Assembly: GCA_965287045.1 (NCBI GenBank)
Contig: OZ336878.1
Span: 97,030,001-97,094,000, forward strand
Reading direction: 5' to 3'
Source of the DNA: Carcharhinus amblyrhynchos
Taxonomy: Eukaryota
DNA length: 64,000 nucleotides
How positions within the stretch are numbered: the first letter of the stretch is position 1; every line of letters begins with the position of its first letter. The notes beneath the pieces were generated by a model. The model saw nothing but the letters and a program-made list of their open reading frames with translations, did no database searches and was not told the DNA's origin. The position numbers and the translations under genes are program-made. Shown here one piece after another: positions 38,684 to 52,569 of this stretch.

Positions 38684-40815
38684 CATAAGGACATAAGAAA
38701 TAGAACATAAGAACATAAGAAATACGAGCAGGAGTAGGCCATCCAGCCCTTCGAGCCTGCCCCGCCATTCAATAAGATCATGGCTGATCTGAAGTGGCTC
38801 ACTTCCACTTTCCCGCTTTCTCCCCATAACCCTTAATTCCCTTGTCTGTCAAAAACCTATCTACCCGTGTCGTAAATATATTTAGCGAGGTAGCCTCCAC
38901 CACTTCAACCGGCAGAGAATTCCAGACATTCACCACTCTTTGAGTGAAGAAGTTCCTCCTCAACTCCGATCTAAACTGTCCCCCCCCCCCCCCCTTATCT
39001 TGAGGCTGTGCCCTCTAGTCCTGCTGTCCTTTCTGAGCGGGAATAATCTCTCTACCTCTACCTTATCCATCCCCTTCATTATCTTATACGTCTCTATAAG
39101 ATCCCCCCTCATCCTTCTAAACTCCAACGAGTACAGACCCAGTCTATTTAGTCTCTCTTCATAGTCTAACCCTCTCATCTCCGGTATCAGCTTAGTGAAC
39201 ATCCTCTGCACTCCCTCCAAGGCCAAACTATCCTTGCGCAAGTGTGGCGGCCAAAACTGCACACACTACTCCAGCTGCGGCCTCACCAGTGCCCTGTACA
39301 GTTGTAGCAAGACCTCCCTACTTTTATATTCTATCACCCTCGCTATAAAGGCCAGCATCCCATTCGCCTTCTTGATCACCTGCAGTCTGCTGCACCTGCA
39401 GACTGGGTTTTTGCGACTCATGCACAAGGACCCCCAGGTCCCTCTGCACCATAGCATGCTGCAGCTTTTTGTCCTTTAAATAGTAATCACTCCTATTATT
39501 ATTCCTGCCAAAGTGGATAACCTCACACTTGCTAACATTGTACTCCATCTGCCAGGTCCTCGCCCACTCGCTCAGCCTATCCAGATCCCTCTGCAGACTT
39601 TGCACACCGTCCGCACAATTTGCTTTTCCACTCATCTTCGTGTCATCAGCAAATTTCGTTACCCTACACTCAGCCCCCTTCTCCAGATCATCTATGTAAA
39701 TGGTAAATTGCTGAGGCCCCAGCACCGATCCCTGTGGCACTCCACTAGTCACCAACCGCCAATCAGAATAGCACCCATTGATACCAACTCTCTGCCTCCT
39801 ATTAGGCAACCAACCCTCTATCCACGCTAACACCTTACCCCCAACTCCATGCCCCCTAACCTTCTGAATCAACCTTTTGTGCAGCACCTTATCAAACGTC
39901 TTTTGAAAATTGAGAAACACCATATCCACCGGTTCCCCTCTGTCTACCGTACTAGTCACATCCTCATAGAAATCCAATAAATTCGTCAAACATGACTTCC
40001 CCTTAACGAATCCGTGCTGTGTCTGCTGTATCAAACCATTCCTTTCCAGGAGCCTCGTTACTTCTTCTTTGGTGACGGATTCCAGCATTTTTCCAACAAC
40101 AGACGTTAAACTAACCGGCCATTAATTCCCTGCCTTTTGCCTGCTACCTTTTTTAAACAGCGCCGTAACATTAGCCATTTTCCGATCTTCCGGCACTTCC
40201 CCGGAATCCAGCAAAGTTTGGCAAATAATCACTAAGGCATCCACTGTCATCTCTGCCATTTCCCTCAGAACCCTGGGATGCATTCCATCCGGTCCTGGGG
40301 ACTTGTCCACCATTAGTTCCGCTAGTTGATCAAGCACCACCTCTCTAGTGATAGTAATCGCATTCAGGCCGTCAACTCCTACCATCCTTCTATCTTTAAT
40401 ATCCGGCAAACTATTCGCGTCCTCCTCCGTGAAGACCGAGGCAAAAAACTTATTTAAGGCCTCAGCCATTTCCTCATCTCCCACCACTAAATCCCCCTCT
40501 CATCCTCTAAGAGTCTAACATTCACTCTAGCCAGCCTCCTCCTCTTTATATATCTGTAAAAACTCTTACTGTCCTTTTTTATATTTTGCTAGTGTAGCTT
40601 CATAGCCTATCCTTTCTTTACCAACTTCTTAGTCATTCTTTGTCGATTTTTAAACCTCTCCCAATCTTCTACTCGCCCAATACTTTTAGTCACTCTAAAC
40701 ACTTCAGCTTTTAATTTAACACTCTCCTTTCTTTCCTTCGATAACAATGGCTGATTATCCCTTCTCCCGCATTCCTTCTTTACCACCGGAATATATTTCT
40801 GCTGAGCACCGAAAA
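38684..40815 (-). mobile_element. CR1/HER1-type LINE, second subfamily, 5'-truncated, several frameshifts
   Basis: ORF fragments 38960-40876 with RT motifs; CATAAGAA tail. The spacer resumes as at ~4295 and ~15460. Confidence 0.95.
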
Positions 40816-41604
40816 ACATTTCAATGTTTTTTTTAAAGAAAAGCACCATCGCGTTCATTCTGAATGCTTTTCGCATGACTCAAAACATCTCCTGAATCTC
40901 TCATTTTCCGACATTATGTTTATTGTCTCATTTATCCGCCATTCAATTCACTTGCACTTTTCAACAAATAAGATGAGCTGGACAATGCTCGATTTTATTT
41001 TCCAACCCAGGTTTCAGCGAATCGCTCCTGAATCCCAGCTGGCAACCTCCGGGTGCCATACAACATCTATCATGCAAGTTAATACTGACATACGAAGTTA
41101 TGGGAAATACATTTCATGATTGACATCATGTGGAAGTTAGGAAAACTGGCAGAAAATATATCAAATAATGTTGATATTTTCTTTCCGATATTGTGTTTCA
41201 TCCAGATAATGGTCGTTTTTCAGGATTAATTATGTCCGACTTGCTGCAAATTTTTTCAATCTAATTATATTGCAGCTTTCAGAATAAACGAAACATTCCG
41301 CATAATTGTGGAACTAAAATGCTGGAATGCTGTCCCTGGTTCCATAGGGCGCATGCCTTCTTGAAGATGTGTTCCCGTCAAATTCTGAACTGAATCCGGT
41401 TCAGAGTGAAACAAGCACATATAGATTGAAGACCGCCGGCAAATTCAACCCCATTTTAATAATTCACAATGGAAATGTTACTTAGTTAGTGGACAGGTGA
41501 ACCTAAAGGGATTGCTGAACTGAGTTATTTTGCCTCTTTTCCTCTCGCTTCTGTACCTTCAATTATATACTTTATGAGTTGAACTGTAAAACGGTTGGAG
41601 ATGT

Positions 41605-42100
41605 CATAAGAACATAAGAAATAGGAGCAGGAGTAGGCCATCTAGCCCTTCGACCCTGCCCCGCCATTCAATAAGATCATGGCTGATCTGTCGTGGCTCA
41701 GTTCCACATTCCCGCCCTCTCCCCATAACCTTTAATCCCCTCGCTTATCAAAAACCCATCAACCCGCGTCTTAAAAATATTTAGCGAGGCAGCCTCCACC
41801 ACTTCAACGGGCAGAGAATTCCAGAGATTCACCACCCTTTGAGTGAAGAAGTTCCTCCTCAACTCCGTTCTAAACCGCCCCCCCCCCCTTTATCTTGAGG
41901 CTGTGCCCCCTAGTCCTACTGTCCTTTCTGAGCGGGAAGAGTCTCTCAACCTCTATCCTATCCATCCCATTCATCATCTTATACGTCTCAATGAGATCTC
42001 CCCTCATTCTTCTAAACTCTAACGAGTACAAGCCTAGTTTATTCAGCCTCTCCTCATAGCTCAACCCCCTCAGCTCCGGTATCAGCCTAGTAAACCTCCT
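41605..42100 (-). mobile_element. Short 3' fragment of the young CR1 subfamily
   Basis: Near-identical to 19222-19715; empty site seen at ~16447. Confidence 0.95.
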
Positions 42101-43647
42101 CCACTGATACCGAAAAAAACATCAAACACAGCAGCTGACTCACAGAGAACCCAGCAGAATGAAAGAATCTGCTATTGTAATGCAGATTGTTCAATAACAA
42201 GAAAACAGATAAATCTTTCCGCTGTTCTTGAAAAGGCAGTTTGGAGATATTACATCTTCAGTCGAAGAAGGACGTTGGGTTCTTCCTGGAGCCTGATACC
42301 TCCAACCGACCAACATTCACTATTCACTGCTCTGAGTACCTGGCTCCGTTTTGCTGTCAAACACTAAAGTGAGACCACAGAGAACCGTCTGCTCTCTTTG
42401 CGTCGAAGCTGCTGTTTTCTGTTCGCAATTCCAAATATCCTTTGTCTGAATCACTTCGAACAAATTTGATTAATACTGACCCTCGCTCAAAATAATGCGG
42501 TGAACTGCGCGAAAGGCTTCATGTGCTATCGGGGAACCACTTGAATCCACTCGGGGTTCGAGTGGATCGAAACAAATATTATCTTCCAGTCGGTTAATTA
42601 AAAGTCGGTCACCGATCTGCTGGATGTTTCTAGTGTTTGCTGTGTCCATGGCAACGCGCCAAATACCTAACGGCTGCATTTCTTTCCTTGAGTCGTTATC
42701 TCACACAACAACATTCCTTGCATTTTCACACATCCACTTTAATATTTCTCTTTCCAGTGCATGTGTCACTGTGTTCACTGTAAAAGCTTTTCGCATGACA
42801 GAAAACTAAATCTCTTCTAAATCTCTCATTTCTTCCTGATTGCATTCTTTTTTTTCGTTCATCTGCCATTCAGCTCACTTGTCCAATTGAACAGATGAGA
42901 TGATCTTAGAGCAGGTTCGACTTTGCTCACCTTTCCAATTTTAATCCAGTCACGCATAACCCCGATCATCTGAATGCTAAACACCACCTATTTTGCAAGC
43001 ATAATGCAACTGTAATGTAAATTCCGCATTGCAATAAATGCAAAATAATGTGGGTGGTGGAAATCTGAAATGTAAAGAAAGTCAGTTCTGGGCACATGAG
43101 ACTCGAAACAGTAGCTCGGTCTCTCTTCAGATTTTCTCAAAACAATATGTTGTTGCAGTACTTTGTCAGTCATTCGCGTTGACTGCATTAATATGTTACC
43201 AGTAAATTGATGTGATTGGCAGTGCACCGAGGTGCTTCCAGAACTTTGGCTATGAATCACAAAGATCGAAATGTTTCTCTTGCAGTCATTTGAAAGCACG
43301 CATCTACGTCAGTGTGAAAGGGCCGGTGTAACTCTGGAAACGGAGAAGGCAGCCAAAAAATTCCATGGTGTTAGTGAAAATGTGAGATATTGCATCGTCA
43401 CAGGAACGTGAGGTTGAATAGAGGCAACGAACTAAAGGAGACCTGTGATTGTGCAAAGTGACGAGAGCTGCGTTTGAATTCTGGGGTTTCAGAGAGATTT
43501 TAAGGACAAGAAGGGAATATATATGCGATTGATTGAACGTTTCATCATCAAAATATGTTTCCGTCACAAAAGATTCTCTTCTGTTAATTAATGTCCATTG
43601 CATTGTTAGGGCATGAGCCGCAGGTAACCAAACATTTCAACTAGTCA

Positions 43648-43719
43648 TTATTCCGACTCGATTTGAACAGAGGCTGCTGAGGTTACAAAACAGACAAATA
43701 ATCATTTCATGATCACAGC
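43648..43719 (-). pseudogene. Highly degenerate tRNA-His copy
   Basis: GACTCGATTTGAACAGAGGCTGCTG...GATCACAGC. Confidence 0.55.
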
Positions 43720-46700
43720 GTCACCAGTGGCATGGTGCACCATTTGTTGTCTGATTAAAGTATTATGCCCACCCAGACCAGCAACTCAAGGACAACATTC
43801 TTTCGATCGGCCAGGTTATCACAATGGAATCGTTTCAGCTTTCAAACCGTTAGCTGCTGACTGACAGTTCGTCTTCCGAATGACCTGTTCGGATTGAATG
43901 CCATGTTTTTTTTTCTAACTCTCCACAAATCCTTTTAGGATTGTTTTGTTCTTGGAACAAAATCTGTTCTTATTGCATGTGACACACGACGTGGTTTTCA
44001 TGTTCATTGCTTGCGGACCTCAGAGATAAAATTGTGTGTGTGTGCGCGTGTGTGTGTGGGGTGGCGGGCGTGGGGGGCGGGGAGGAACTAAATGTAGTTT
44101 ACACTCACTTGTTTTGGCGATGTCACAAGACTGTAAGGTTTTAGTGGAAAGTGTAATTACTTCACTCTTTCCAATTTGGCATGTCCACTACGTGACTCAC
44201 AACTTTTGCAGATGAACCATAGGAAGTACTCTTTCTTGTTGTATCACAGCTTGGAATGGCTTCTTCTCTGTCCAAGACTGCAAGAAACTACAAAATGTTA
44301 TGAACGAAGCCCAGTCAATCACGCAAACCAGCCTCCCATTCATTGATGCTGTCTACACTTCCCGCTGCCTCGGAAAAGCAGCCAGCATAATGAAGGACCC
44401 CACTCACCTTGGACATTCTCTCTTCCCTTTTCTTCCGTTGGGAAAAAAATGGAGAAGTCTGAGGTCATGCACTAATTGATTCTTGAACAGTTCCTTCCCT
44501 ACTGCCAAAGGACTTTTGAATGGCTTTATCTCCTTTTAAGTTATCTTTCTCTACACCCTAGCTAGCACCACCCGTCTTTACTGTAATGCTACGGGAACAA
44601 TTGGGTTATATTTGCAAAATCGATGGTGCTTGACACTCAGAGGTTGTCAGCTGGGGTTCATGAACGATGGCCTGAAACCAAAACTGCTCAAAAGTGCTAC
44701 TGAACTGAATGGCAAATTATTGAAACAATAAATAGAGTGACAGGAAGTGAGAAATTTTGAACAGGTTTTGCATTATGAGAAAAGACTTCAGAATGAACAT
44801 TCCACCCAGCCCTGCAACTACTGGTGAACGTTTCAACCTGTTGGCCGGGTAACAACAGAATAATAGTTTGGTCTACAAACAGAGCGCTGCTGACTGAAAT
44901 CCCGAATCAATTATGATCCGTTGAATTGGAGGCTTTTTTTTTAACTTTTCACATATACTTTCACAATTGTTCAGTACTTCCAGCATATTCTGTACATGTT
45001 ACACATGAAGGGGTTTTTCTGTTCCCTGCCTGCCGACCTCAGCGCACAGAATTGAGTGAAGCATATCGTATTTTATAATTACGTACGTAAGTGATGCGAA
45101 TAATTCTGCCTTTCCTGCATCCTTGTTATTAAGCTGGATGTTCAAAGTCCTTGGATCCGAGTCGGATTTCTCTCCCCATCCCCGCCCCCACGCCCCCGTG
45201 ACCCCCCCCCCCCCTCAAAAAAATGTCATTTATCTTCCAGCTTAATTGGCACAATCTAATAAAGCACCGCAGATGTTGAAAATCTGAAATGAAAACAGAG
45301 ACTGTTGAGGTGGACTGAAAGCCTGGCAGCAGATTTCGAAAGAGGAACAGCTTTCAGGAATTCCCTGACAACCAAGTTATTCGCCGCTTAACCACGAAGC
45401 CTTTCTTTTCACCAAGGAATCAGACTCAGATTTGTCTGTGATGTTAGCAAAAAAGGAAATCATCACCAATCGCCGTATCATCCATAGCATCCGGTGCTCA
45501 AATTCAAGACTGGTTTGAAAATGGAAGGGAGAGAAAAAGCAGGAAACAACGGGTCACCTAGACTAAAGTCTAGCATAAGGGGAATATTAGCAATCGTTAC
45601 TTCGAAGTGTTATAGCGGAACACTTGCAAACGTTCAAGGCTAGCATGCCTTTTGTGAAAGTAGAAACATGTTTGACCAATTTATTGTCGTTACAGTTTCT
45701 GGAGATTAAGGGAATCTGTTGGATGTACCTTAGATTTCCAGAAGTCTTTTGATATAGCTTGTGGGTTGCGAGAAGTGCTCTAGGTAAACCTTATGGGGAA
45801 ATGCATTTTATGGTAGGCGTCCTGCTGAAGTTCGCGGAAATGAAAGGTCAATAAAATGTGATGGCGATCGCTGCTGCCAAACGGCTTCATTTCCTTTCTG
45901 GAGTATTGATCTCTTAAAAGAGTATTCCGTACATTTTCTTACACTCCTGTTAATGTTTATCTTTCGAAAAACCACATCGTGCTCTGTTAGCGGGGTTTTC
46001 CATGACATGACAATTAGTTTCAGGAAACCAGCGGCACACTACAAAGCTAAAAAAATTATTAAAATCAATGATCAATGGGAGAACCCGGACCTCTTGGACA
46101 AATTCTGAAGTTATCAGTAAAAGTACGGAAGTTACGTATTTTCTTGATCAGATATTCCGTCCGTCATTAGTTTAAAATTAATTTCATCAATGCACACATC
46201 AATATTAATCTCTGTCAAGTACCTCAGCTAATTTCATTCACTCTCCAGCATGATGGTTTCTCGTGTATACTTTAAACTCGGATATTAACTCTCTTTTGGG
46301 GTAAAGCTACTTGCCCCTGGCTTGGTTACGGTGCATGCTACAGGGTCCAAGTGGATGTTCCCACCAGCTTGCTTCCAAGCTAAATAGACATGTGTTCCTG
46401 CATCCAGGGTCATATGTATTGTGTCCGGGCAGCGACTGAATCTATTCATCACTCCACCGAAATTTGCATTAGTAAAGAGGTAGCACTCGAAAAATTAATT
46501 GGATAAAAAGTTGACAAATCCAATTGACTAGATGGATCCACTGAGCATCCCAGAAAGTGAAAGTTTTGACTATAGAGATAATGGATGCTTTGGTGCTTTC
46601 CTTTCAAAATTCTGCAGATATTGGAAAGTTTCATGCAGACTCGAAAATAGCTAATTAACTCCTACTATTACAGAAGGAAGGGATCAATAACATTTAGATC

Positions 46701-48383
46701 TGTAGCCCTATCAGTTTGACGTTAGAAGTGGGTAAAAATTTCGTGTTTCTTATACAGGATGTGATTATCTGAACATAACTGGAACAATAATGATATGATT
46801 AGGCAGAGGCTACGTGTACTTACAAAAGGGAAATCATTTTTACAAACCAGTTAGTGCTGTTTGAAGATGTTACTTCTTGCGCAGATATAAGCTAACAAGT
46901 GGTTGCGGCATATTTGAACTGTCAAAAGACATTCGAAAATGTAGTACACAGCAAGTTGGTAAACAAATTCGCACAGGTTCCATTGGAATGAACATGCAAT
47001 CTGACAGAACTCGAGCCCAACAGATCTAATTGACCCTATTTTATTGAATTGTGTAATCTTGTGCATTCCAACAAACAAATTCAGAGGGAACAAAGGATCA
47101 ATTTGGGCAAGATTAAAATCAGTCGTTCAATAACAACTTTCAACTATTGAGAAATTTGGGCTAACCTTACAAATTAAGTAGCTGCAAGAGCAATACCACC
47201 TAGGATTTCTGTGGTAACTTACCTCCTGACTCCCCAAAGTCTGTTCACAATCCACAAGTCAGAAGGAAGAAATGTGGCAAACATACTCTAATTACCCTGA
47301 TAATTGCAACTCCAGCAACAGCTATAGAAGTTCAAAGCATCCAGGACAAAGAGCCAATTTGAACATCTCATGCAATAATTTAATCTTTCATTGCCTCCAA
47401 TGCAGCACTCGCTGGCACTATGTACACCATCTAAAAGATGCACTGCAGTAACTCAGCAAGGAGCAGGAAGGACATGTTCAGAAGTACCTGAAGTAATGAA
47501 ATGCCTGCTGAGCTCAGGCACATCAGAAGATCCTACAGTGAAGGGAAACCTAGTGCCCATTCTGACCTGATTTGTTTCGCCTGTAGTGACCAGCACCACC
47601 TTCACCCCTCATATACAAATTGAATTTCAGCCTGATTGTTACATGTCATATCAACAACAGGGTGGAGAGAGTAATAATTGAAACTGACATGCTTATGTGA
47701 TCAGCTCAGTTTTGAAATGACTGACACACACCTTTTTTAAAATTTGTGTCAGGTAATTCAAGATAGAGAGGGCTGTGTTAAAATTAAAAATCTGCATGCA
47801 GATTCTCTAATAGAAGAAACTGGTCAGTTTGCAACCCTGAAAGGCTGGGGGTGGGGGGCCGGTGGGGGCGGTGGATGAAATTGGCTCGGAATCTGAAAGA
47901 CAGCCCTGGAAACTATTGAGAAAAGAGTCCTGGAATCCATGTTTTGTGCACTCAGGAACTTAGGTCACCCATTTTCCCTGATCAAGATGAGTCTCTACTC
48001 AGTTTGAAGTCACTGCCTTGTCCACAAATGAGATAAACTAGCAAAGGGAATCACACCTGCAGCAAAAGATGACTTGATTGTTTTAATATTCTTTTACGAG
48101 GGAAGAAATGTTCACAGAGGAAATTCCAAAGGATGGCGTCTCAGCAACTAAAGAGACAATCACGAATGGTGGAACAATTATAAATAAATTGTACACAAGG
48201 CCAGAATTCGGGATATTTGATGTCTGTGGCAAAGAAGGTTGCAGAGATAAGAACAGTTTAGTTTACCGATTTTCTGGATGTGGGCATCACTGCCTAGGTC
48301 AGCATTCATTATTCACTCCTGGTTGCCTTTCAAAAGATGATGATGAGCCGTCTTGTTCACAACAGCAATCACTGATATGTAGG

Positions 48384-48645
48384 TGGAGACAGCACAGTGG
48401 TTAGCACTGCTGACTCACAGCACCAAGGACTCAGGTTCGATTCTGGCCTTGAATGACTATCTGTGGAGAGTTTGCATATTCTCTTCCTGTCAGGTCCATA
48501 ATGGGCACATTACCTGAATTGGCTGTGATAAATGCACAGGGTTAGGTGGATAGGATGTGATGGGTAAATTGTTCTTCTTTAAGAGTCGGTTCAGACTTGA
48601 TGGGACGAAAGCCTCCTTCTACACTGTAGATTTTCTGTGCTTCTA
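48384..48645 (+). mobile_element. Old V-SINE
   Basis: GCACAGTGGTTAGCACTGCTGACTCACAGC...GGTTCGATTC...GAGTTTGCATATTCTC, with a CR1-like tail. Confidence 0.75.
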
Positions 48646-49230
48646 TGTATATCCACAGTGCTATAAGGGAGGAATTTCCAGGATTTTGACTCAGCAACAG
48701 TAAAGGAAAGTCAACATATTTCCAAGTCAGGAAGTAAGGACATGGCAGCAGTTGAAAACATGGGTGAAAATTTGAAACATGAGGTGCTGCTCAACTGCAG
48801 ACGTGTTGGAAGTTTGCCTTGGGTGAAGTTTGACACACAAGTTAGGCAACTTGCAACTCTAAAATAGAAATGAAAATCAGCTAGAAATCCAAAAGAAGCA
48901 AATTTTCAATTTACTAAAGGAAGAGTCAGAGAATTAATGTAATTAGTATCTTTATAATTTTATCCACTCAATGAATTTAGATGACTGACCTTCTCCCGTA
49001 AACATGCATTTGGCTCTGATGGCTTTGCGTTTGTGAAATGAAATTTCCTGAATGAATAAAAGAAACCTGATTGTTTGATTAAACATTTATTTAAAATTAT
49101 AAATGCAAGTCTAATCACAGGGGTTATTGATATCTGCAGACACAAAATATAAATGACAAAATTAACATGGTTCAGTCCTTTTTTGATTGTAATTAATAGC
49201 AACCACAACAACAAAGTCCAATCCCTGCTT

Positions 49231-49905
49231 TCACTTATGGATTTGTTGGTGTTTTAATAGGTTGGATGACTGGGTAAATCCCTTCCCACACAGCGAACAA
49301 GTGAATGGCCTCTCCCCAGTGTGAACTCGCTGGTGCGTCTTCAGGTTGGATAAGCGAGCAAAGCTTTTCACACAGTCAGAGCACTTGAAAGGTCTCTCCT
49401 TGGTATGAACTCGCTGATGTGTCAGCAGATGGAAGGACTGAGAGAATCCCTTCCCACACACAGAGCAGGTAAATGGCTTCTCCCCAGTGTGAACCCGCTG
49501 GTGTGTCAGTAGGTTAGAAGACTGACTGAATCCCTTCCGACAAACACAGCAAGTGAATGGCCTCTCCCCAGTGTGAACACGCTGGTGTTTCAGAAGGTTG
49601 GATGAACGGGTAAATGTCTTCATACAGTGAGAGCAACTGTATGGCCTCTCCCCAGTATGCATTCGTTGGTGTGTCAGCAGATGAGAGGACTGAGTAAATC
49701 CCTTCTCACACATGGAACAAGTAAACGGCTTCTCCCCAGTGTGAAGTTGCTGGTGTTTCTGCAGATTGGATGATTCCCTGAAAGCTTTCCCACATTGCGA
49801 GCAACTGAATGGTCTTTCCCCGGTGTGACTACGCTGATGAATCTCAAGCTGAGATGGGTAATTGAATCCCTTCCCACAGTCCCCACACTTCCACGGTTTC
49901 TCCAT
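49231..49905 (-). CDS. C2H2 zinc-finger protein, 8 tandem fingers
   Basis: Open 224-aa ORF beginning [14 protein letters not shown], with eight CxxC...HxxxH units and TGE(R/K)P linkers. Likely splice acceptor TTTTACAG|G at 50244/50243 upstream. Confidence 0.9.
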   Translation of the reverse strand: MEKPWKCGDCGKGFNYPSQLEIHQRSHTGERPFSCSQCGKAFRESSNLQKHQQLHTGEKPFTCSMCEKGFTQSSHLLTHQRMHTGERPYSCSHCMKTFTRSSNLLKHQRVHTGERPFTCCVCRKGFSQSSNLLTHQRVHTGEKPFTCSVCGKGFSQSFHLLTHQRVHTKERPFKCSDCVKSFARLSNLKTHQRVHTGERPFTCSLCGKGFTQSSNLLKHQQIHK

Positions 49906-52569
49906 GTTAACCTTGTGACTCTCCAGGTTGGATGATCACAATGGAACTTTTGTCTCCTTGTTATAAATAATGTGATTTGTTTTAGGTTGTGGAACTGATG
50001 AAAGCTGGTTAAATTTGGTGAACTGGAAAGCTCTCCTAGTCTCACTTGGGTGCTTGTATCTCCATTCTTTTACATTCACATTGGTGCTTGTAACCTTTTC
50101 CCACAGACAGAGCAAACCAACATATCTCCTTTCACATTGAAAAGCTGATGATATTCGGGTGTTGGTGAATCAAGAGGATCTGTCAGATCTGGAAGTGATG
50201 GTCAGCTTGATTGTCCGGCATTCAAATCCTTCCTTTCAAGTACCTGTAAAAGGAGTTTATAGAAGTTATTGCACAAAAATCTGGGTAGAAATTTGGAATA
50301 GACAATTCTAGTTTCTAAGGAACATTCTTGTTCTCTTCCTTCTCCAAAGCAGCACAACCACACATTGTCCCTCCTTACCATGCCGATATCCAAACCCATC
50401 ACAACATTTACATCAAGGGTTACAAACTGTGGGTTCATGATGGACTTCCAGAGTGTCTGCAGAGATGACAGTCACCATGGGATTGACAAACATAGTTTCG
50501 TAAGGAGCAACTGATCAATTTTGATAATAATTACAGCAACAAAATGGGCCAAATAGAGCAGCGCCTCTTGGAGCACTGGATGCTGATAGGCTAGTCAGCT
50601 GATCTCTCCATGGAGTGAAGTTGTTCTTCTCTGATTGGGCACTTCATTTATTCCATTTTATTGTTGTGGCAGAAGAGCCTGCGGGCAAGAGCAAGGCAAA
50701 ATTTGATGGCGACAAGTGAGAGCAGAGTGCAGAGGGCTTGGCAGTGGCATGGAGATGTAGCAGAGAGGCCTTGGAGAGAGGTGAGTATATATGAGAGTAA
50801 GGGGATGTGCACGTGAGGGAGAGGGCAGGTGTGTGTGTGAGAAAGAAAGATATGAGAGTGAGGGATGAAAGTGGGTGAGAGAGTGTGCATGAATATCACA
50901 ATGAGACATTATTATCTATGTGAGGAATAGAGATATGTCCAACATGAGAATCAGCTTCCCACCACGCTTTCACCCATTAAAATTTTCAAAAGATACAATT
51001 TAAAATTCTGTGAATCAGGTAACTTTTTAATTATTACCAGAATACCCACCACTAAAGAGGATACTATTTCCAGGGGTAAATATTAAGCAGCCATGGCAGG
51101 GTGACTTTGCCAGGAGTTAATGTGAGTGGACCATGGTGCTGGCAATTTATTTCTGATTATATGTTTCCTGCTAATTCTTAATATATGCATAGACATAGTT
51201 AGAAAGTGCTTGCTTACATTTGATTTCTGTGTTTGCAGCTTTTTGTGCCAAAAAAGATATGTCAACTTTGAGAATATTTGGATTCCCTTATGCTCTTAGG
51301 TGGTCTCTAGGATTCTGCAGTTTGAAAAGTTGAGGGAAATCGAAAGGATTCATTTCCTCCACTTCCACTTTAATTCCCCCTAATCTAGCCAGATTTATTT
51401 ATCTGACCCATGTTGCGAAGTGAGAATAAAAACAATGACTTTCTCTGCTGCTCACTGGCAACCTGAAGCCCTACCTACTCTCTGCTCCATCAGCAAGGTG
51501 ATTGTGTGTCTCCATGGCCTTATCCAGTCCAAAATGAAGCCAGTGACTCTACTCATCCCAAATTGTCACCATGCGACAACACGGGACTTGTGGGTGCTTT
51601 CTGGGGCCTCATGCCAACCCCAGCTGTTTACTCCTCATATTGTCCCCCTTATCTTTTACCCAAATGCTCACTTGTCAGTCCCCTTAACTTGATAGCTGCT
51701 TTAGCAACACTTTTTCGTCAATCATGTAAACCTGTCATAATCTGGTACAAGTCTGTCAAATGTCCGTTCAGTCTCCTTTGTTCCAGGGAGAGCAATTGCA
51801 GATGCTCCAGCAAAACCTTTCTGATAAATCTCATCTGCACCACCTCTCCAAATCTGTGAGGATACAAACTGGATACAAGACTCTAGTTGTGGTCACATTG
51901 GAGTTTTATGAATGTTTCGCATAGTTTTTGCACCCAATACCTTGATTTATGAAGTCAAAATCTCATATGCTTTTCTAACTAATTTCTCAATATGATGTCT
52001 TTAAAGATCCACCTCCATGAACCCTCAGTTACCTGGACCCATGAACACATTTCAGTACTGTGCCATTTAGTCTATATTGCCTCACCCTATCCCTTCTGGC
52101 ACAATATATTGTCTCAAAGCTCTCTACGTTTCATGCCATCGACTAAATGTCCGTCCATGCCATTTACCTATTGATGCCCTCCTGCAGTTGATATCACCCT
52201 CACTGTCTGCCATATCTGAGTTAAAAGCAGTATTTTGAACACTGAGCTTTGCTATATACTGCTGGCTATCATCACCCAGGGTGAGAAGCAACTACCCAGC
52301 ATAACATGCTGTCTTCAGTTCTTAGACAAATCTTTCACCCAGGCTAACACCAGCCATCCTATTGCATTTTTGTTAAGCAGCATACTACCTGATATTTGGA
52401 TAATTATTTGTTTAATGTCCACATTGACATCTCCACTGTATTCCCTTATCAAACAATTAATACTTCACCAAAAAATTCAATGAGATCCGTCAGATAGGAT
52501 CTGCTTTGCCAAAAACCAATATTGGTACTTTTTAATTAACTCAAACCTCTATTTGCTGAAGTCTTTTGA

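Larger units (their letters stand above)
4109..46450. repeat. Degenerate, rearranged tandem/segmental array built around tRNA-His genes
   Basis: Kilobase blocks recur: 4109-7000 resembles 38495-44560 minus its CR1s; 5960-12300 resembles 18880-26500; 7400-13150 resembles 29170-32700; 13270-14670 resembles 34980-36470; 16950-18750 resembles 36560-38500. Copies are clearly diverged. Confidence 0.85.

Noticed and set aside
7871-42100. Site-specific targeting of the array by CR1
   Set aside because: The five young insertions are at different, non-homologous spacer positions, and another copy lies outside the array at 60000.
4109-46450. CRISPR-like repeat-spacer interpretation of the recurring motifs
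   Set aside because: Repeats are diverged kilobase-scale duplications with homologous intervening sequence in a eukaryotic context.
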